Shown here piece by piece: positions 9,908 to 19,802 of a stretch of 64,000 nt of DNA. Numbering within the stretch: the first letter of the stretch is position 1; each line of letters begins with the position of its first letter. A model generated the notes under the pieces. That model did no database searches, was not told the DNA's origin, and saw only the letters and a program-made list of their open reading frames with translations. The position numbers and the translations under genes were made by a program. Location of the stretch: the sequence record ON190024.1. One strand, written 5' to 3'.

Positions 9908-10189
9908 ATGGTTAGTCTTTTAAAAGCAGTTAATAGCGAGTTCACGAGCTATACAGGTCGTGTGCTGCCTGATGCGATTGCAAGTAAAGTCGCTCGTACA
10001 TGTGAGCGAGAATATTGGGCTACGTTTTACATGCACGATTGCACGTCACTAGACACCGCTGATCGTGATGTAGCTTTCGATCTCATTGCAAACGAGCTTG
10101 GTCTAGAAGATGGTTGGCCAATGTACGGATCGTCTGACGAGTACAAAACAAAGTTTCAACAAGAACTTGAGAAATTGGAGTTAGCATGA
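9908..10189 (+). CDS. hypothetical protein
   Basis: GAGG RBS. Confidence 0.75.
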   Translation: MVSLLKAVNSEFTSYTGRVLPDAIASKVARTCEREYWATFYMHDCTSLDTADRDVAFDLIANELGLEDGWPMYGSSDEYKTKFQQELEKLELA

Positions 10190-10470
10190 GTCTAATAGGT
10201 AAAGTCAAAGAATTTCTGTTCCCGACGATCACGCCGCCAGCAATTGGTGATAAATTTCGTCAAATCGAGAAGAATTGGGTTGACGTTGATCGCGATTCAA
10301 CTATAATCGTAATCACTAACGTATCGAAAGATGGTCGATACATCAAATACGAGTTTACACAGATTGAAGGTAAGCCTGTAGAAGTCACACACGTTGGTAG
10401 AACATCATCAAGTGTTTCATATGAGTTCCCGACGCATCAACTTTATAGACTATTCGAGAAAGTAGAATGA
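10186..10470 (+). CDS. hypothetical protein, paralogue of 11322..11675
   Basis: shared IGD.F/Y ... TII.IT..SKDG...Y motif. Confidence 0.7.
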   Translation: MSLIGKVKEFLFPTITPPAIGDKFRQIEKNWVDVDRDSTIIVITNVSKDGRYIKYEFTQIEGKPVEVTHVGRTSSSVSYEFPTHQLYRLFEKVE

Positions 10471-10883
10471 CACGAATCAATTGTATGCCGGTTGAAACGC
10501 TCTCAGACAAGCATTTGCTTGCAGAGTACAAAGAGATAACCAGACCGTTTAACAAGGTTGAGAAGCGCATACAAGCGCATACAATGGGTGATGTGAGCAT
10601 TCCTGAGCACTACGTACTTGGTACAGGTCACGAAACGTTCTTTTTTGATAAGTTGCATTATCTTTACGTTCGTTATCGTGACTTGTGTGAAGAACTATTG
10701 CACCGCGGTGTGAATATCAACGTTGAACAGTTCGATGAAATCTGCGAATGGATTGAGAACACGTTTGTTGACACGCCGTATTGGAACTATTGGACACCGC
10801 GACCAGAAGACATGTATTTGAACATGGCGCGACTTGTGAAGCGCAGCAACTTTGATGCTGCAAAAGCTGAAGCACTAAACTGA
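10467..10883 (+). CDS. denV: endonuclease V, pyrimidine-dimer DNA glycosylase
   Basis: MTRIN...LSDKHLLAEYKEITR and YVLGTGHETFFFDKL match T4 DenV. Confidence 0.92.
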   Translation: MTRINCMPVETLSDKHLLAEYKEITRPFNKVEKRIQAHTMGDVSIPEHYVLGTGHETFFFDKLHYLYVRYRDLCEELLHRGVNINVEQFDEICEWIENTFVDTPYWNYWTPRPEDMYLNMARLVKRSNFDAAKAEALN

Positions 10884-10893
10884 GGAAATTATT

Positions 10894-11325
10894 ATGACAC
10901 TAGCACATTTTCCACAAGACGAATTGCCTGAGCGTTTTGATTTTAAAATGCCTGACGAGCCTGAAACTCGAAAGACGCATTGCAAAGTAACTGAAGAGAA
11001 AGACAAGAACATCTTCAAGATCATCATGTTCTGGTTCTTCATGTCGATATTTGCAATCGGTGTAGCAGCGTTCTTTGGGTTTTTCAGCAAGATAGAAATC
11101 GGTGATCGTTATTACCTTCTGCAAGACGTGGGATGGGAACGCTCTCAGAGTGTATTATTCGGTATTGAAATCACAGACGTGAATTACGCAGCCGAGCGAG
11201 TACGGTACAAGTACATCAACTTAGATGCTGTAGATGAGAAAGAAATGGCGTTTAGTGCTTTGAAACGTTCTTACGTACCGGCTGACAGTGTTGAAATCAA
11301 TCAAACTATGGAGAAAACAAAATGA
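10894..11325 (+). CDS. membrane-anchored hypothetical protein
   Basis: one TM segment then IEIGDRY domain. Confidence 0.7.
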   Translation: MTLAHFPQDELPERFDFKMPDEPETRKTHCKVTEEKDKNIFKIIMFWFFMSIFAIGVAAFFGFFSKIEIGDRYYLLQDVGWERSQSVLFGIEITDVNYAAERVRYKYINLDAVDEKEMAFSALKRSYVPADSVEINQTMEKTK

Positions 11326-11675
11326 CAGCGACAAAATTCGTAGGTTCAATCGTAGCTGTATGGCTTGGTATTATATTTCTCGTAGCCATGAACATCACTG
11401 AGTATTCGTTATTCAAACCAGACATTAAAGTTGGTGACGTATATCAGTCTGTCAAAGAAGCAGAATTTGCCAGTGACCCCGATGAAGTAACGATCATCGA
11501 AATCACTGAAATCAGCAAAGACGGCGATGACGTTCGTTACATTTACAAAATGATAGACAACAAGGCGTATGAAAACGACGATCCATATCATTGGAAAATG
11601 AAAAAGCGTTATATCTACCGTTACTATGAGAAACTTGATTATGAAAGCAACGCAAAAACAGATCGAACTATGTAA
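11322..11675 (+). CDS. membrane-anchored hypothetical protein
   Basis: N-terminal TM then IKVGDVY domain. Confidence 0.7.
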   Translation: MTATKFVGSIVAVWLGIIFLVAMNITEYSLFKPDIKVGDVYQSVKEAEFASDPDEVTIIEITEISKDGDDVRYIYKMIDNKAYENDDPYHWKMKKRYIYRYYEKLDYESNAKTDRTM

Positions 11676-11865
11676 CTTACTCATTGACAACGGTGCTCCG
11701 TTTGAACTAAAACACCCACACGAAGATTCCATCGAAGCTGCTGATCAGTTCATCAAAGCGAATCGTCATTATCTACAGCGTGGTATCGTCAAGCACGAGA
11801 ACTATTATCACAAAGCAGTTGAGAACGGTTTGATGCCTGAAGACATCGGTGTATGGAATATGTAA
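11641..11865 (+). CDS. hypothetical protein
   Basis: ORF track 11626..11865, start moved. Confidence 0.65.
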   Translation: MKATQKQIELCNLLIDNGAPFELKHPHEDSIEAADQFIKANRHYLQRGIVKHENYYHKAVENGLMPEDIGVWNM

Positions 11866-11931
11866 AAAGTGGTTGCAATGCCGAATCAGATGCGTATAAT
11901 GAACTCATCAACTAAAGAGAGACACGTTATG
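11864..11931 (+). promoter_or_regulatory. early promoter
   Basis: AAAAAGTGG-TTGCAA, 16 bp, TATAAT 11895-11900, GAGAGA RBS. Confidence 0.7.
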
Positions 11932-12117
11932 ATTTTGAAATACATCATAATGCAATATGACGAAAAAGACGTGACGTATCATGATGAGTCTGTTTTCGAC
12001 TATCAACCAATATTCGTATCGTATGATTCTGCTGAGGCAATTGCCAAACTTGAATTGATGCGAAGATCTGAAACTAAAACACGTTGGTTTGCTTGCCACG
12101 TTGAGGAAGAGAAATGA
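11929..12117 (+). CDS. hypothetical protein
   Basis: start moved to ATG 11929. Confidence 0.65.
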   Translation: MILKYIIMQYDEKDVTYHDESVFDYQPIFVSYDSAEAIAKLELMRRSETKTRWFACHVEEEK

Positions 12118-12324
12118 GCTTTAAAACACGAGTACAAATTTGGCGCGTCGCACGAGTCATTGTGATGTTCACTTACAATCTCTCGGTCGCTATCTCGCGT
12201 AGCTTCTAACACACGAGGGATGGTATGCAGTTCACGCTATCCCTAAACGACTTATCACCAATGGGATTCGACGAGTTCAACAAAGCCGTCGATAAAGTCA
12301 GGGAAGAATCAGAGGAAAAGAATT

Positions 12325-12549
12325 ATGAAAGTAGTATACGAAAATGCGACAAAGCACGAGAAAGGTCTGCTTGTTTACTTGCATTTCAATGACGAGACTG
12401 AATATCGTGTTGGTAAGAATGGCACTGTTCAGCGTGGTAAGTCGTTTCACGGCAAAGTAAAGCGCGGTGAAAAGGTCTACGCAAACGAACATGTTGTCGG
12501 TCACAAAAGCAACACGCTTGAAGAAGCGAACAAGCGAGTATTCAAATGA
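12325..12549 (+). CDS. hypothetical protein
   Basis: ORF track. Confidence 0.7.
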   Translation: MKVVYENATKHEKGLLVYLHFNDETEYRVGKNGTVQRGKSFHGKVKRGEKVYANEHVVGHKSNTLEEANKRVFK

Positions 12550-12929
12550 ACGATAACGAACTAAAAGGCTTACCAACTGACATCGACTTGCTAGAAACAG
12601 CAATTCAGTTGCTCAAAGCAAAACCTTATGATCAGCGCCGTTTAGAGCATTTAGCAAATGTCATGACTCGCGTTCAGCCTCAAGTGCTCAAGCGAAAAGC
12701 TGAACTCGACTGCTGGGCAGTGAAGCCATTCACCAGAATGGATATGAAAAAGCTACAAATCGTACCAACGAACGGCGTGTTTTATCAAGATCAATTGATT
12801 CACACGTACGACAAAGACGCTCAAGCGTTTCACATGCTTGATTATTTCAAAGAGAACGACATCAAATCATACGGTGAGTTTCTTGACCATCTTAGCGAAT
12901 TGGAGAATAAAGTATGCACGCAGGTGTAA
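12546..12929 (+). CDS. hypothetical protein
   Basis: ORF track, ATGA overlap. Confidence 0.75.
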   Translation: MNDNELKGLPTDIDLLETAIQLLKAKPYDQRRLEHLANVMTRVQPQVLKRKAELDCWAVKPFTRMDMKKLQIVPTNGVFYQDQLIHTYDKDAQAFHMLDYFKENDIKSYGEFLDHLSELENKVCTQV

Positions 12930-13888
12930 TTGGCAAGTTCAACAACTATCATCAAGGTCATTTCAAACTGATCAAGTTCGCGCTATCGCTTGCAGACAAA
13001 GTAACTGTTTTGCTTTGCACTGAAGACACTGACCCGATTCCAGTTGAAACGCGCATGAAGTGGATGCACCAGGACTTCGGTAATCGCATTCGCATTAGTG
13101 TAATCTGTCCGAGTGATGAAAATCTATCGAACAAATCAGAGTCCGACCGCGAAGTATCGAAGCAGTGGGCTGCTTTCATCGACGAGCGTTACCCAGAGAT
13201 TGATGCATTCGTTGGTTCAGAGCAGTACATCAATTACTGTGCTGAGTACGGTAACTTTGACGGAATCATTTACGACGAAGAACGCGAGATCACTCCTTGC
13301 TCAAGCACTTCGGTTCGCGAGAACGATTCTCACGAGTTCTACAGCCCGAGCGCACAACAAGACCGAGTACGTCGAATTGCATTCATCGGTCCCGAGTCTT
13401 GTGGTAAGTCATGGAACGCAGCATCAATCGCAGCCGCTAACGGGTATGAACTTGTACTCGAAGCAGCACGCGACATCATGAGCGACAATCACTACACTGA
13501 ACACGATGTTCTTGAGTTCGCGATTGCACAAACTGCACGAATCGAAGCAACCGGTAAAGAAAGTGACACTGTAATCGTTGATTCTTCAGCTATTACGTCG
13601 GCAGTTTACAGTCAGTTTCAATTCAATCAATCATCGGTTCTTCTGAATGCATTAGCTGCTTTTGAAAACATTGATGCTTATGTACTCTTCCGACCAAACT
13701 GTGAGTTTGTTCAAGATGGTACACGCACACAGACGCAAGAAGACCGCGAACGCTGGTTTGAACTTGCAAAGTCTATGCTTCTTCGATTGAACAAGCCATT
13801 CTTGATTGTTCAGAAAGGCAATGATTGGGAAGAACGTTTACACGAAACTGCCAGTCATGTGGCATTATTGAGAGGTAAAATATGTTAG
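12914..13888 (+). CDS. nadR: NadR-like bifunctional NMN adenylyltransferase / ribosylnicotinamide kinase (no HTH)
   Basis: GKF...HQGH HIGH-type motif, SSTSVR, then P-loop GPESCGKS and VIVDSSAITS. Confidence 0.9.
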   Translation: MHAGVIGKFNNYHQGHFKLIKFALSLADKVTVLLCTEDTDPIPVETRMKWMHQDFGNRIRISVICPSDENLSNKSESDREVSKQWAAFIDERYPEIDAFVGSEQYINYCAEYGNFDGIIYDEEREITPCSSTSVRENDSHEFYSPSAQQDRVRRIAFIGPESCGKSWNAASIAAANGYELVLEAARDIMSDNHYTEHDVLEFAIAQTARIEATGKESDTVIVDSSAITSAVYSQFQFNQSSVLLNALAAFENIDAYVLFRPNCEFVQDGTRTQTQEDRERWFELAKSMLLRLNKPFLIVQKGNDWEERLHETASHVALLRGKIC

Positions 13889-14226
13889 TGAAAACTTTGG
13901 GCGCAATACTGCTATTCGTTTGGTTAGCTAATTTGGCGATTCCAGTAGTTCTATCACTCGGCGGGTCATTGATCAACTTCATGTTCCGTACCGAAATCCC
14001 ATTTATAAAGTGGGCTGAGAAATATCAAGAACTCAAATACGGGTGGTTGTTTACTCACTACATGGAAGCCGACGACCACGCAATTGCGTTTTTCATGCTT
14101 GATTTGATTGTGGGATTCATAGTAACATTAATCAGCTTGTGGCTGATTGAGCAAAGCATCGTCGTGTGGTTGATTATCGCCATGCCATTCATTGTCCGAT
14201 TTATTACAGGGTTGATTAAAAAATGA
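13882..14226 (+). CDS. hypothetical membrane protein
   Basis: three hydrophobic segments. Confidence 0.7.
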   Translation: MLVKTLGAILLFVWLANLAIPVVLSLGGSLINFMFRTEIPFIKWAEKYQELKYGWLFTHYMEADDHAIAFFMLDLIVGFIVTLISLWLIEQSIVVWLIIAMPFIVRFITGLIKK

Positions 14227-14489
14227 GTTTAGCAAATTACACCGAGAACGCTCTCCGCGAAGAACTACAACGTCGCGAAGCTGAACGCGAACTACTTGGT
14301 AGCATTCAAGTAGTACTTGACAAGACACCGGTTCAAGAAGTTGAAACACGACTAGTCAATTTGGCTAAATCATACCTCGAAGATGAATTGCAAGATCGAG
14401 AAATCGACACGCAATATGCATATGAAGAGATTATGATGCTCGTATACGGTAAAGACGTGTTTGATAAACTGAATCGTCTTCGTCGCTAA
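14223..14489 (+). CDS. hypothetical protein
   Basis: ORF track. Confidence 0.7.
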   Translation: MSLANYTENALREELQRREAERELLGSIQVVLDKTPVQEVETRLVNLAKSYLEDELQDREIDTQYAYEEIMMLVYGKDVFDKLNRLRR

Positions 14490-14513
14490 CAATTACTTTG
14501 AGAGAAATATATC

Positions 14514-15179
14514 ATGTTTGATTTACTGTTTAACATTAACCACACTGTGTTTTCAATTGGTGATTATGCAGTGTCTGGTCTAGAACTCTGGGCAACTCTT
14601 ACTGGTTTGATTTGTGTCATCATGGCACGAATGAATATGAAGCACAACTTCACAGTCGGCATTGTGAACTGTATCGGGTTCGCAATTCTGTTCTTCCAGA
14701 TTCAGTTGTATAGTGACGTGCTCTTGCAGGGGTTCTTCATTGCAATGTCGATCTTCGGCTTCTATCAATGGAACAAGCAAGGTACAGATGAAGTCAAAAT
14801 CCGTTACTTGAAGATGCGTAAATTCGCAGGTTCGATTATAGCGACGTTGATTGGTACTGCGGCACTCGCGTACTTCATCGACCCGATTATGAACTTCAGT
14901 GGTTCACTGCTTGTTACCGATTACGTACACGCCCCTGCTGAACTCGCTGTGCAAGATGCATTCACGACTGTAGCAAGTATCATGGCATTTATGCTCATGA
15001 TTCAGCGTAAAGTCGAGGCATGGTGGTACTGGGTTGCAGTAAACGTAGTGTGCATTGTGAACTACAGCACGCAGGGCGTAATTGTAGTTGCTGCTGAATA
15101 CTGCATTTTCCTAGCAAACGCGCTTTATGCAATCGTAATCTGGCATAAAGAAGGCATGAAAAACGAGGCACAAGCATGA
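14514..15179 (+). CDS. pnuC: nicotinamide riboside transporter PnuC
   Basis: multi-TM; QIQLYSD..LQGFF, GFYQW, DAFTTVAS, RKVEAWWYWVAVN. Confidence 0.92.
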   Translation: MFDLLFNINHTVFSIGDYAVSGLELWATLTGLICVIMARMNMKHNFTVGIVNCIGFAILFFQIQLYSDVLLQGFFIAMSIFGFYQWNKQGTDEVKIRYLKMRKFAGSIIATLIGTAALAYFIDPIMNFSGSLLVTDYVHAPAELAVQDAFTTVASIMAFMLMIQRKVEAWWYWVAVNVVCIVNYSTQGVIVVAAEYCIFLANALYAIVIWHKEGMKNEAQA

Positions 15180-15424
15180 GTACATGGGACGAAGTGAAAG
15201 ACGCTGTAAACGGCGTCTTCAAAACAACTGGTGAATTCACAAAACGATTCCCAGATACTGACGTTGTAGCAGTTGTCTTTGATAACGCACTACCGCAAGC
15301 ACTAGACAAAGCGTTGCAGCTTGCATTCATTCACAATCTCGACCGTAACAGCGTTGATTGTCAAGTCATGTTAAACGGTTACGAGCAACTAAAAACAAAA
15401 GGTTGGATTGGCGATGGTTGTTAA
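15176..15424 (+). CDS. hypothetical protein
   Basis: ORF track. Confidence 0.7.
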   Translation: MSTWDEVKDAVNGVFKTTGEFTKRFPDTDVVAVVFDNALPQALDKALQLAFIHNLDRNSVDCQVMLNGYEQLKTKGWIGDGC

Positions 15425-15701
15425 AGGGTTACCTGTTTATCTAGTCGGCGCACCGGTCATCATGATCGATGCGCAAACTAAAGCTCCACTAAATGGCACG
15501 GAAGGCGATGTCGAAAAGCAAGTATTGGAAATTCGAAGCTTCTTGAGCAAGCCGAACTGGTGGCTTGAGAAAGTACTCGAAGAACTAGCTGAAGGTGCAA
15601 TTCAAGAAGGTGCAACTGCACTGTACTTGTATGACGTTGATCATTATTCTCATATCCCGAACACGGGTATTATTTACAAGATTCGCGGGGCTTGGGCATG
15701 A
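15414..15701 (+). CDS. hypothetical protein
   Basis: ORF track 15408..15701. Confidence 0.7.
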   Translation: MVVKGLPVYLVGAPVIMIDAQTKAPLNGTEGDVEKQVLEIRSFLSKPNWWLEKVLEELAEGAIQEGATALYLYDVDHYSHIPNTGIIYKIRGAWA

Positions 15702-16195
15702 CATATCGAAAGTTCAACTTACGTGAGAACTTCGAACACTGCACAGATGAAGAAATGACCAATTTACACTTCGTATTTGAGAAAGTCGAACCGTATTGGC
15801 GTGATTGTAAGATGTTGACAGAAGAGCAGCGTTATCGTTTAGCTCAATGTCATACTATGGCAGTTGTTCAGACGTTAAGAAACGCTATTATTGACCGTGA
15901 GCGCGGTCGAATCATGGAACGATTACGACAAGAAGAAGCTGATCGACTATACAAAGGCGATAAATCGAAATTGTACTTGTACTATCCTCACCATCTTGTA
16001 GATGACGAGTACAAAGTCAAAGCATGTTGGTGGGTTGAATATTGCGAAGAAGACGCTGAAAACATCGAAGCTGCTCTTGTGAAAAGTAGCTATAGTGAAG
16101 GTCGCTTTATGACCCGTGATCGTTATCACCTTGAAACGATGATGAATGTTTTTGATGTAGTACGTGAAAAACTTGAAAGAAGATACTTGATGTAG
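15698..16195 (+). CDS. hypothetical protein
   Basis: ATGA overlap. Confidence 0.75.
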   Translation: MTYRKFNLRENFEHCTDEEMTNLHFVFEKVEPYWRDCKMLTEEQRYRLAQCHTMAVVQTLRNAIIDRERGRIMERLRQEEADRLYKGDKSKLYLYYPHHLVDDEYKVKACWWVEYCEEDAENIEAALVKSSYSEGRFMTRDRYHLETMMNVFDVVREKLERRYLM

Positions 16196-16215
16196 TGTTT
16201 TGATTCGTGTATACT
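16187..16215 (+). promoter_or_regulatory. possible internal sigma70-type promoter
   Basis: TTGATG, 17 bp, TATACT before AAGGAG RBS. Confidence 0.55.
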
Positions 16216-16234
16216 CTTAAAAAAGGAGTATCAC

Positions 16235-16429
16235 ATGAACCAAGTACCAGATTTAATCTTCCATCTAATGAACGACAATGAAATCATCACAATGTGTTTC
16301 ATTGTTGCTCTAACACTCGTGATAATGCACGCAATTACGTTTAGAAATTGCGTTGTGTTATTCTTTTCATCATTTATTCACGGCATCATGACGTTTGTTG
16401 CCTTATTCTATACGCCTATGGGAGGCTAA
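16235..16429 (+). CDS. small membrane protein
   Basis: AAGGAG RBS, two TM segments. Confidence 0.7.
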   Translation: MNQVPDLIFHLMNDNEIITMCFIVALTLVIMHAITFRNCVVLFFSSFIHGIMTFVALFYTPMGG

Positions 16430-16430
16430 T

Positions 16431-16700
16431 ATGAGCGCACCTAGTACAGCACACTTCTTTACTGTTCACGAAAACGGTGAACGTGAACACTTAGGTTATA
16501 TTTTCTGCAACTGTGGTTGGGTCTTCCATGAAGAACACTTCTTGGCTGATCTTGCAGACGACATCGAACACAGCGCGATTCTAAACGGCACTATGAAGAA
16601 AGGTGTTGAGTGGGATTATGTCGAGGCATATGGCATGGTATGGTCGAAAGAAACTGTCATGAGTCATCTACCAGAACTAGCACCAAGACGTGGTGAATAA
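16431..16700 (+). CDS. hypothetical protein
   Basis: GGAGG RBS, start moved to 16431. Confidence 0.7.
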   Translation: MSAPSTAHFFTVHENGEREHLGYIFCNCGWVFHEEHFLADLADDIEHSAILNGTMKKGVEWDYVEAYGMVWSKETVMSHLPELAPRRGE

Positions 16701-16918
16701 TGCTAGATGCAATTCATTACACGATCATCAAGTCACCAATCTTGTTCACTGTAATAGAAGCGTTTCTTCTTCTATTCACAGCGGGAGCAATGGAGTGGAT
16801 ACCCGAAACAGACGAATCAGAAATTGGAATAGCTGTATGTTTGTTTTTGATCTTTATGTCACTAATGGTATTCATTGCATACATGTGGTTTTTCTACGAA
16901 CCATCGTATGTTTTTTAA
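16700..16918 (+). CDS. small membrane protein
   Basis: two TM segments, TAATG overlap. Confidence 0.7.
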   Translation: MLDAIHYTIIKSPILFTVIEAFLLLFTAGAMEWIPETDESEIGIAVCLFLIFMSLMVFIAYMWFFYEPSYVF

Positions 16919-16939
16919 GACGCTTCGGCGTCTTTTTTT
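16917..16939 (+). terminator. intrinsic terminator
   Basis: AAGACGC-ttcg-GCGTCTTTTTTT. Confidence 0.9.
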
Positions 16940-16960
16940 CGGTTTGAAGAAAATAATTGC

Positions 16961-17035
16961 AAAAAACGGTTGCATGAAACAACGAATAGACCTAATATAG
17001 CTACATCGAAACGAGATACGAAAGAGAACATTATG
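16961..17035 (+). promoter_or_regulatory. early promoter
   Basis: TTGCAT, 17 bp, TAATAT, AGCTACATCGAAACGAGATACGAAAGAGAACATTATG. Confidence 0.9.
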
Positions 17036-17395
17036 AAAACTCATCTACGCGACAACGCAGTAACAAGCACAACTCACATCGAACTTGAAATCACAACTGA
17101 AGTACTTGGTTGGTTCAATAATGAATTCAATCAAGCTGACGGTTGGGTGATTGTTGCTCTTGATGAATTCGAAAAAGGTTTTCTTGAGAATGCATCAATC
17201 GATCATTCAAAAGTGTATCGCGTTATGAATGATGACCGTACAAGCTTATGTCGCATCAACGTTGAAAAAGAAACATATGCGTTTCTTGACAACGCTGAAC
17301 TAATGGAAACTGGCATGTATAAGTTCGAGCGCCCAGCGAAATACCGCTCACTTTACATTGACAGCAAAAACGAACTATTCAATCAAGGGAAATAA
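17033..17395 (+). CDS. hypothetical early protein
   Basis: start at leader ATG. Confidence 0.8.
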   Translation: MKTHLRDNAVTSTTHIELEITTEVLGWFNNEFNQADGWVIVALDEFEKGFLENASIDHSKVYRVMNDDRTSLCRINVEKETYAFLDNAELMETGMYKFERPAKYRSLYIDSKNELFNQGK

Positions 17396-17396
17396 T

Positions 17397-17627
17397 ATGT
17401 TGAAACTAACTGTATTTGATGTTGAACAACTTGTTCAAGTCGGTATGCCAATTCGTGTGCAAAACATTCGCACTGAACGAGTTTTCACAACTCACGTCGG
17501 GTTGATTCGCGGCACATGCGTTGCAGTATTCGAAGATGATGCCATTTATGTATTCTCTTCAGATAGTCGCAAAGACGATACTGAAATGTATCAACTAGCA
17601 GACAACGCAACACTTACTTTTCACTAA
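17397..17627 (+). CDS. hypothetical protein
   Basis: start moved to 17397. Confidence 0.7.
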   Translation: MLKLTVFDVEQLVQVGMPIRVQNIRTERVFTTHVGLIRGTCVAVFEDDAIYVFSSDSRKDDTEMYQLADNATLTFH

Positions 17628-17638
17628 GAGGACACATC

Positions 17639-17878
17639 ATGTTTGGTATTTTTGATAGCGTAGTAGACAGCGTATCGCGCACAGTAGATGATTTCATCGA
17701 CGATCCAGTTGGTCAGACTGTGTATCATGCAACTTCACCGATTCGTGACGCTGCTGAGATTATAGACGGTCTAACTGAAGGCGAGATCAGAGGCATGGCT
17801 GTAGCTCGGTTAGGCGCAGATGTAGCGGCTGGCATGGCAATTTCTGAAATCATCGAAGTACTTGAGTTAGGAGAATAA
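17639..17878 (+). CDS. hypothetical acidic protein
   Basis: GAGGA RBS. Confidence 0.75.
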   Translation: MFGIFDSVVDSVSRTVDDFIDDPVGQTVYHATSPIRDAAEIIDGLTEGEIRGMAVARLGADVAAGMAISEIIEVLELGE

Positions 17879-17879
17879 T

Positions 17880-18146
17880 ATGAAACAAAGTATCTGGCTA
17901 CCGCACGTTTCGTTAACTTACTTTCATGCATTCTTAGTATTGGTTAACTTGTGGACTGCTTCGACAATCTACGAATACGCTGTTCCAATGCTAATCGGTC
18001 TAATCCCTGGCATAGGTATCGGCATGAGCGTCACCCTTGTAGTATATCAATGGGAAAAGAACTCAGAAACGTTTGTTGCAGACGTTAAAAAGCCAATTCA
18101 ATTACTTCTTACCAAGATTCGCGGTAAGATTGGTAAGCAATCATGA
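17880..18146 (+). CDS. membrane protein
   Basis: two TM segments. Confidence 0.7.
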   Translation: MKQSIWLPHVSLTYFHAFLVLVNLWTASTIYEYAVPMLIGLIPGIGIGMSVTLVVYQWEKNSETFVADVKKPIQLLLTKIRGKIGKQS

Positions 18147-18310
18147 AAGCAGTATTCACACTATCTCGAATAGTAGCAATCTATGCAGCGGGTGTAATGA
18201 CGCCTGCTCTATACGCAAGCAATCCGTGGACAGTTATCGCACCAGCTATGGTAGTTATCGGATTTGGAATTTCACTAATCTCGGATGTAGTATCAAATGA
18301 AAAAAACTAA
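18143..18310 (+). CDS. small membrane protein, 55 aa (below cutoff)
   Basis: ATGA overlap, two hydrophobic segments. Confidence 0.55.
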   Translation: MKAVFTLSRIVAIYAAGVMTPALYASNPWTVIAPAMVVIGFGISLISDVVSNEKN

Positions 18311-19034
18311 AATCACAGCACAAGTCGGTATGATGTCTCTTTGTGGTGTATCAGGTTCATTTCCATTCTCACACGGTAATTACTGTAGCAACACACAAGG
18401 CTATTACTTTGTCAATCTATGGGCAGAGAATCTTAAACATCTAGTAGCTAACGATTACTTGCCTGACGGGCAAATCGAAGTGCTACTGTTTAGAGACAAT
18501 AAGCGCCAGAACTACGTTTATGCCTATGTTATTGACGAGCGTGTGCCGAAAGAAGCACTCCACGCGCCATACTTCTGTGGTATTGCGACCTCAGTTGAGA
18601 TCATGCGCTACCATCATCAAACACCAGACGATAAATGTCTATGCTATTCTGAAGACTACAGATTGCTTAGTATGCGTTCGCAAGACATGAAAGGTCGTTC
18701 AGTACGTCATTGCCCTGAGTGTGACACTCGCTACACGATTCAGCTACCAAGGCGCAACGATGTCTTTCGTGTTCAGACGTTCTCCGAGGATGGTTGGCAC
18801 AAGTGGAATCTGTTCTATCACAAAGACGGTGTTTTCTACACAATTCCCGAAAATGAGCCGGTGCCTGCCGAAGACATCATCAAGGTCGACGCGAAACCTG
18901 TCAATAACTTCGGTACTGGCGAAGAACAGCAAGCGGCAATCTCGCTTGAAGAGTTCAACTTCAGCGGCGTTGTTGAGAAAGCTGTCCCGAAAATCGAGAA
19001 TGGTCAGACACGATACGAAGTTGTACAAAAATAG
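18297..19034 (+). CDS. hypothetical protein with Zn-ribbon motif
   Basis: CLC ... CPEC. Confidence 0.75.
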   Translation: MKKTKITAQVGMMSLCGVSGSFPFSHGNYCSNTQGYYFVNLWAENLKHLVANDYLPDGQIEVLLFRDNKRQNYVYAYVIDERVPKEALHAPYFCGIATSVEIMRYHHQTPDDKCLCYSEDYRLLSMRSQDMKGRSVRHCPECDTRYTIQLPRRNDVFRVQTFSEDGWHKWNLFYHKDGVFYTIPENEPVPAEDIIKVDAKPVNNFGTGEEQQAAISLEEFNFSGVVEKAVPKIENGQTRYEVVQK

Positions 19035-19108
19035 TACAAAAAATCGGCGTTCCTGCGGAGCTGAGTGTCTGGCGACACTGTATCAGCTCCTTGGGTATTG
19101 AGGTACTT

Positions 19109-19426
19109 ATGGTATTCACTGAAGAGCAGCTTGATCAAATCGAGCACAACTACTCGCATATTGATACTGTCAATCTTGCAGATAGAAAGGGCGTGCCACA
19201 AGCGAAGTATGTCATAGAGATACGACAAGGCACGTATACTAAATTCAAAACATCTTGGTTAAGTCAAGATTCATGCGAAGAACTAGATATTGACCCAGAG
19301 CTAGTCGGCTACTGGATTCTATCTCACGAAATCGACCCTTATTGGTACTCAGTTCAAGAATGTTTGAAAGAGTATGAATGGGAACGAGCGCACGAAGTAA
19401 CAGTCACAACATGGGAAGCAATTTAA
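19109..19426 (+). CDS. hypothetical protein
   Basis: GAGG RBS, start moved to 19109. Confidence 0.75.
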   Translation: MVFTEEQLDQIEHNYSHIDTVNLADRKGVPQAKYVIEIRQGTYTKFKTSWLSQDSCEELDIDPELVGYWILSHEIDPYWYSVQECLKEYEWERAHEVTVTTWEAI

Positions 19427-19800
19427 TGAGCACAAATTCAAGCATTAGCATTACACAAGAAAACGGTCATGTTCGTTCAATCTACTGTCATTGGGATGGT
19501 GGTATGTGGACGGGTGGCGTAGCTGAAACCCTGATCGAGAACTATCGCACCGAAGCTGAAGTCAATGCACTGATCGACCAAGGTGGATGTAGCTCACTTG
19601 GCGGTACAATCGAAGATAGCGTTTTCTACGCACGTGACCGCGGTGAAGAACTCGAAATCTACATCGACAACATCCCCGAGCAAGAATACAACTACATGTT
19701 TAAAGACGGAAAATGGTTTGTATGTTGTCCGGAAACGAATTGGGAAGATGTCGTTCTAACAAATGAACTTCGTGTTGAACTTGAAAACTATGAAGAGTAG
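19426..19800 (+). CDS. conserved phage hypothetical protein (IYCHWDG family)
   Basis: MST.S.I ... SIYCHWDG motif; function unknown. Confidence 0.75.
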   Translation: MSTNSSISITQENGHVRSIYCHWDGGMWTGGVAETLIENYRTEAEVNALIDQGGCSSLGGTIEDSVFYARDRGEELEIYIDNIPEQEYNYMFKDGKWFVCCPETNWEDVVLTNELRVELENYEE

Positions 19801-19802
19801 CC

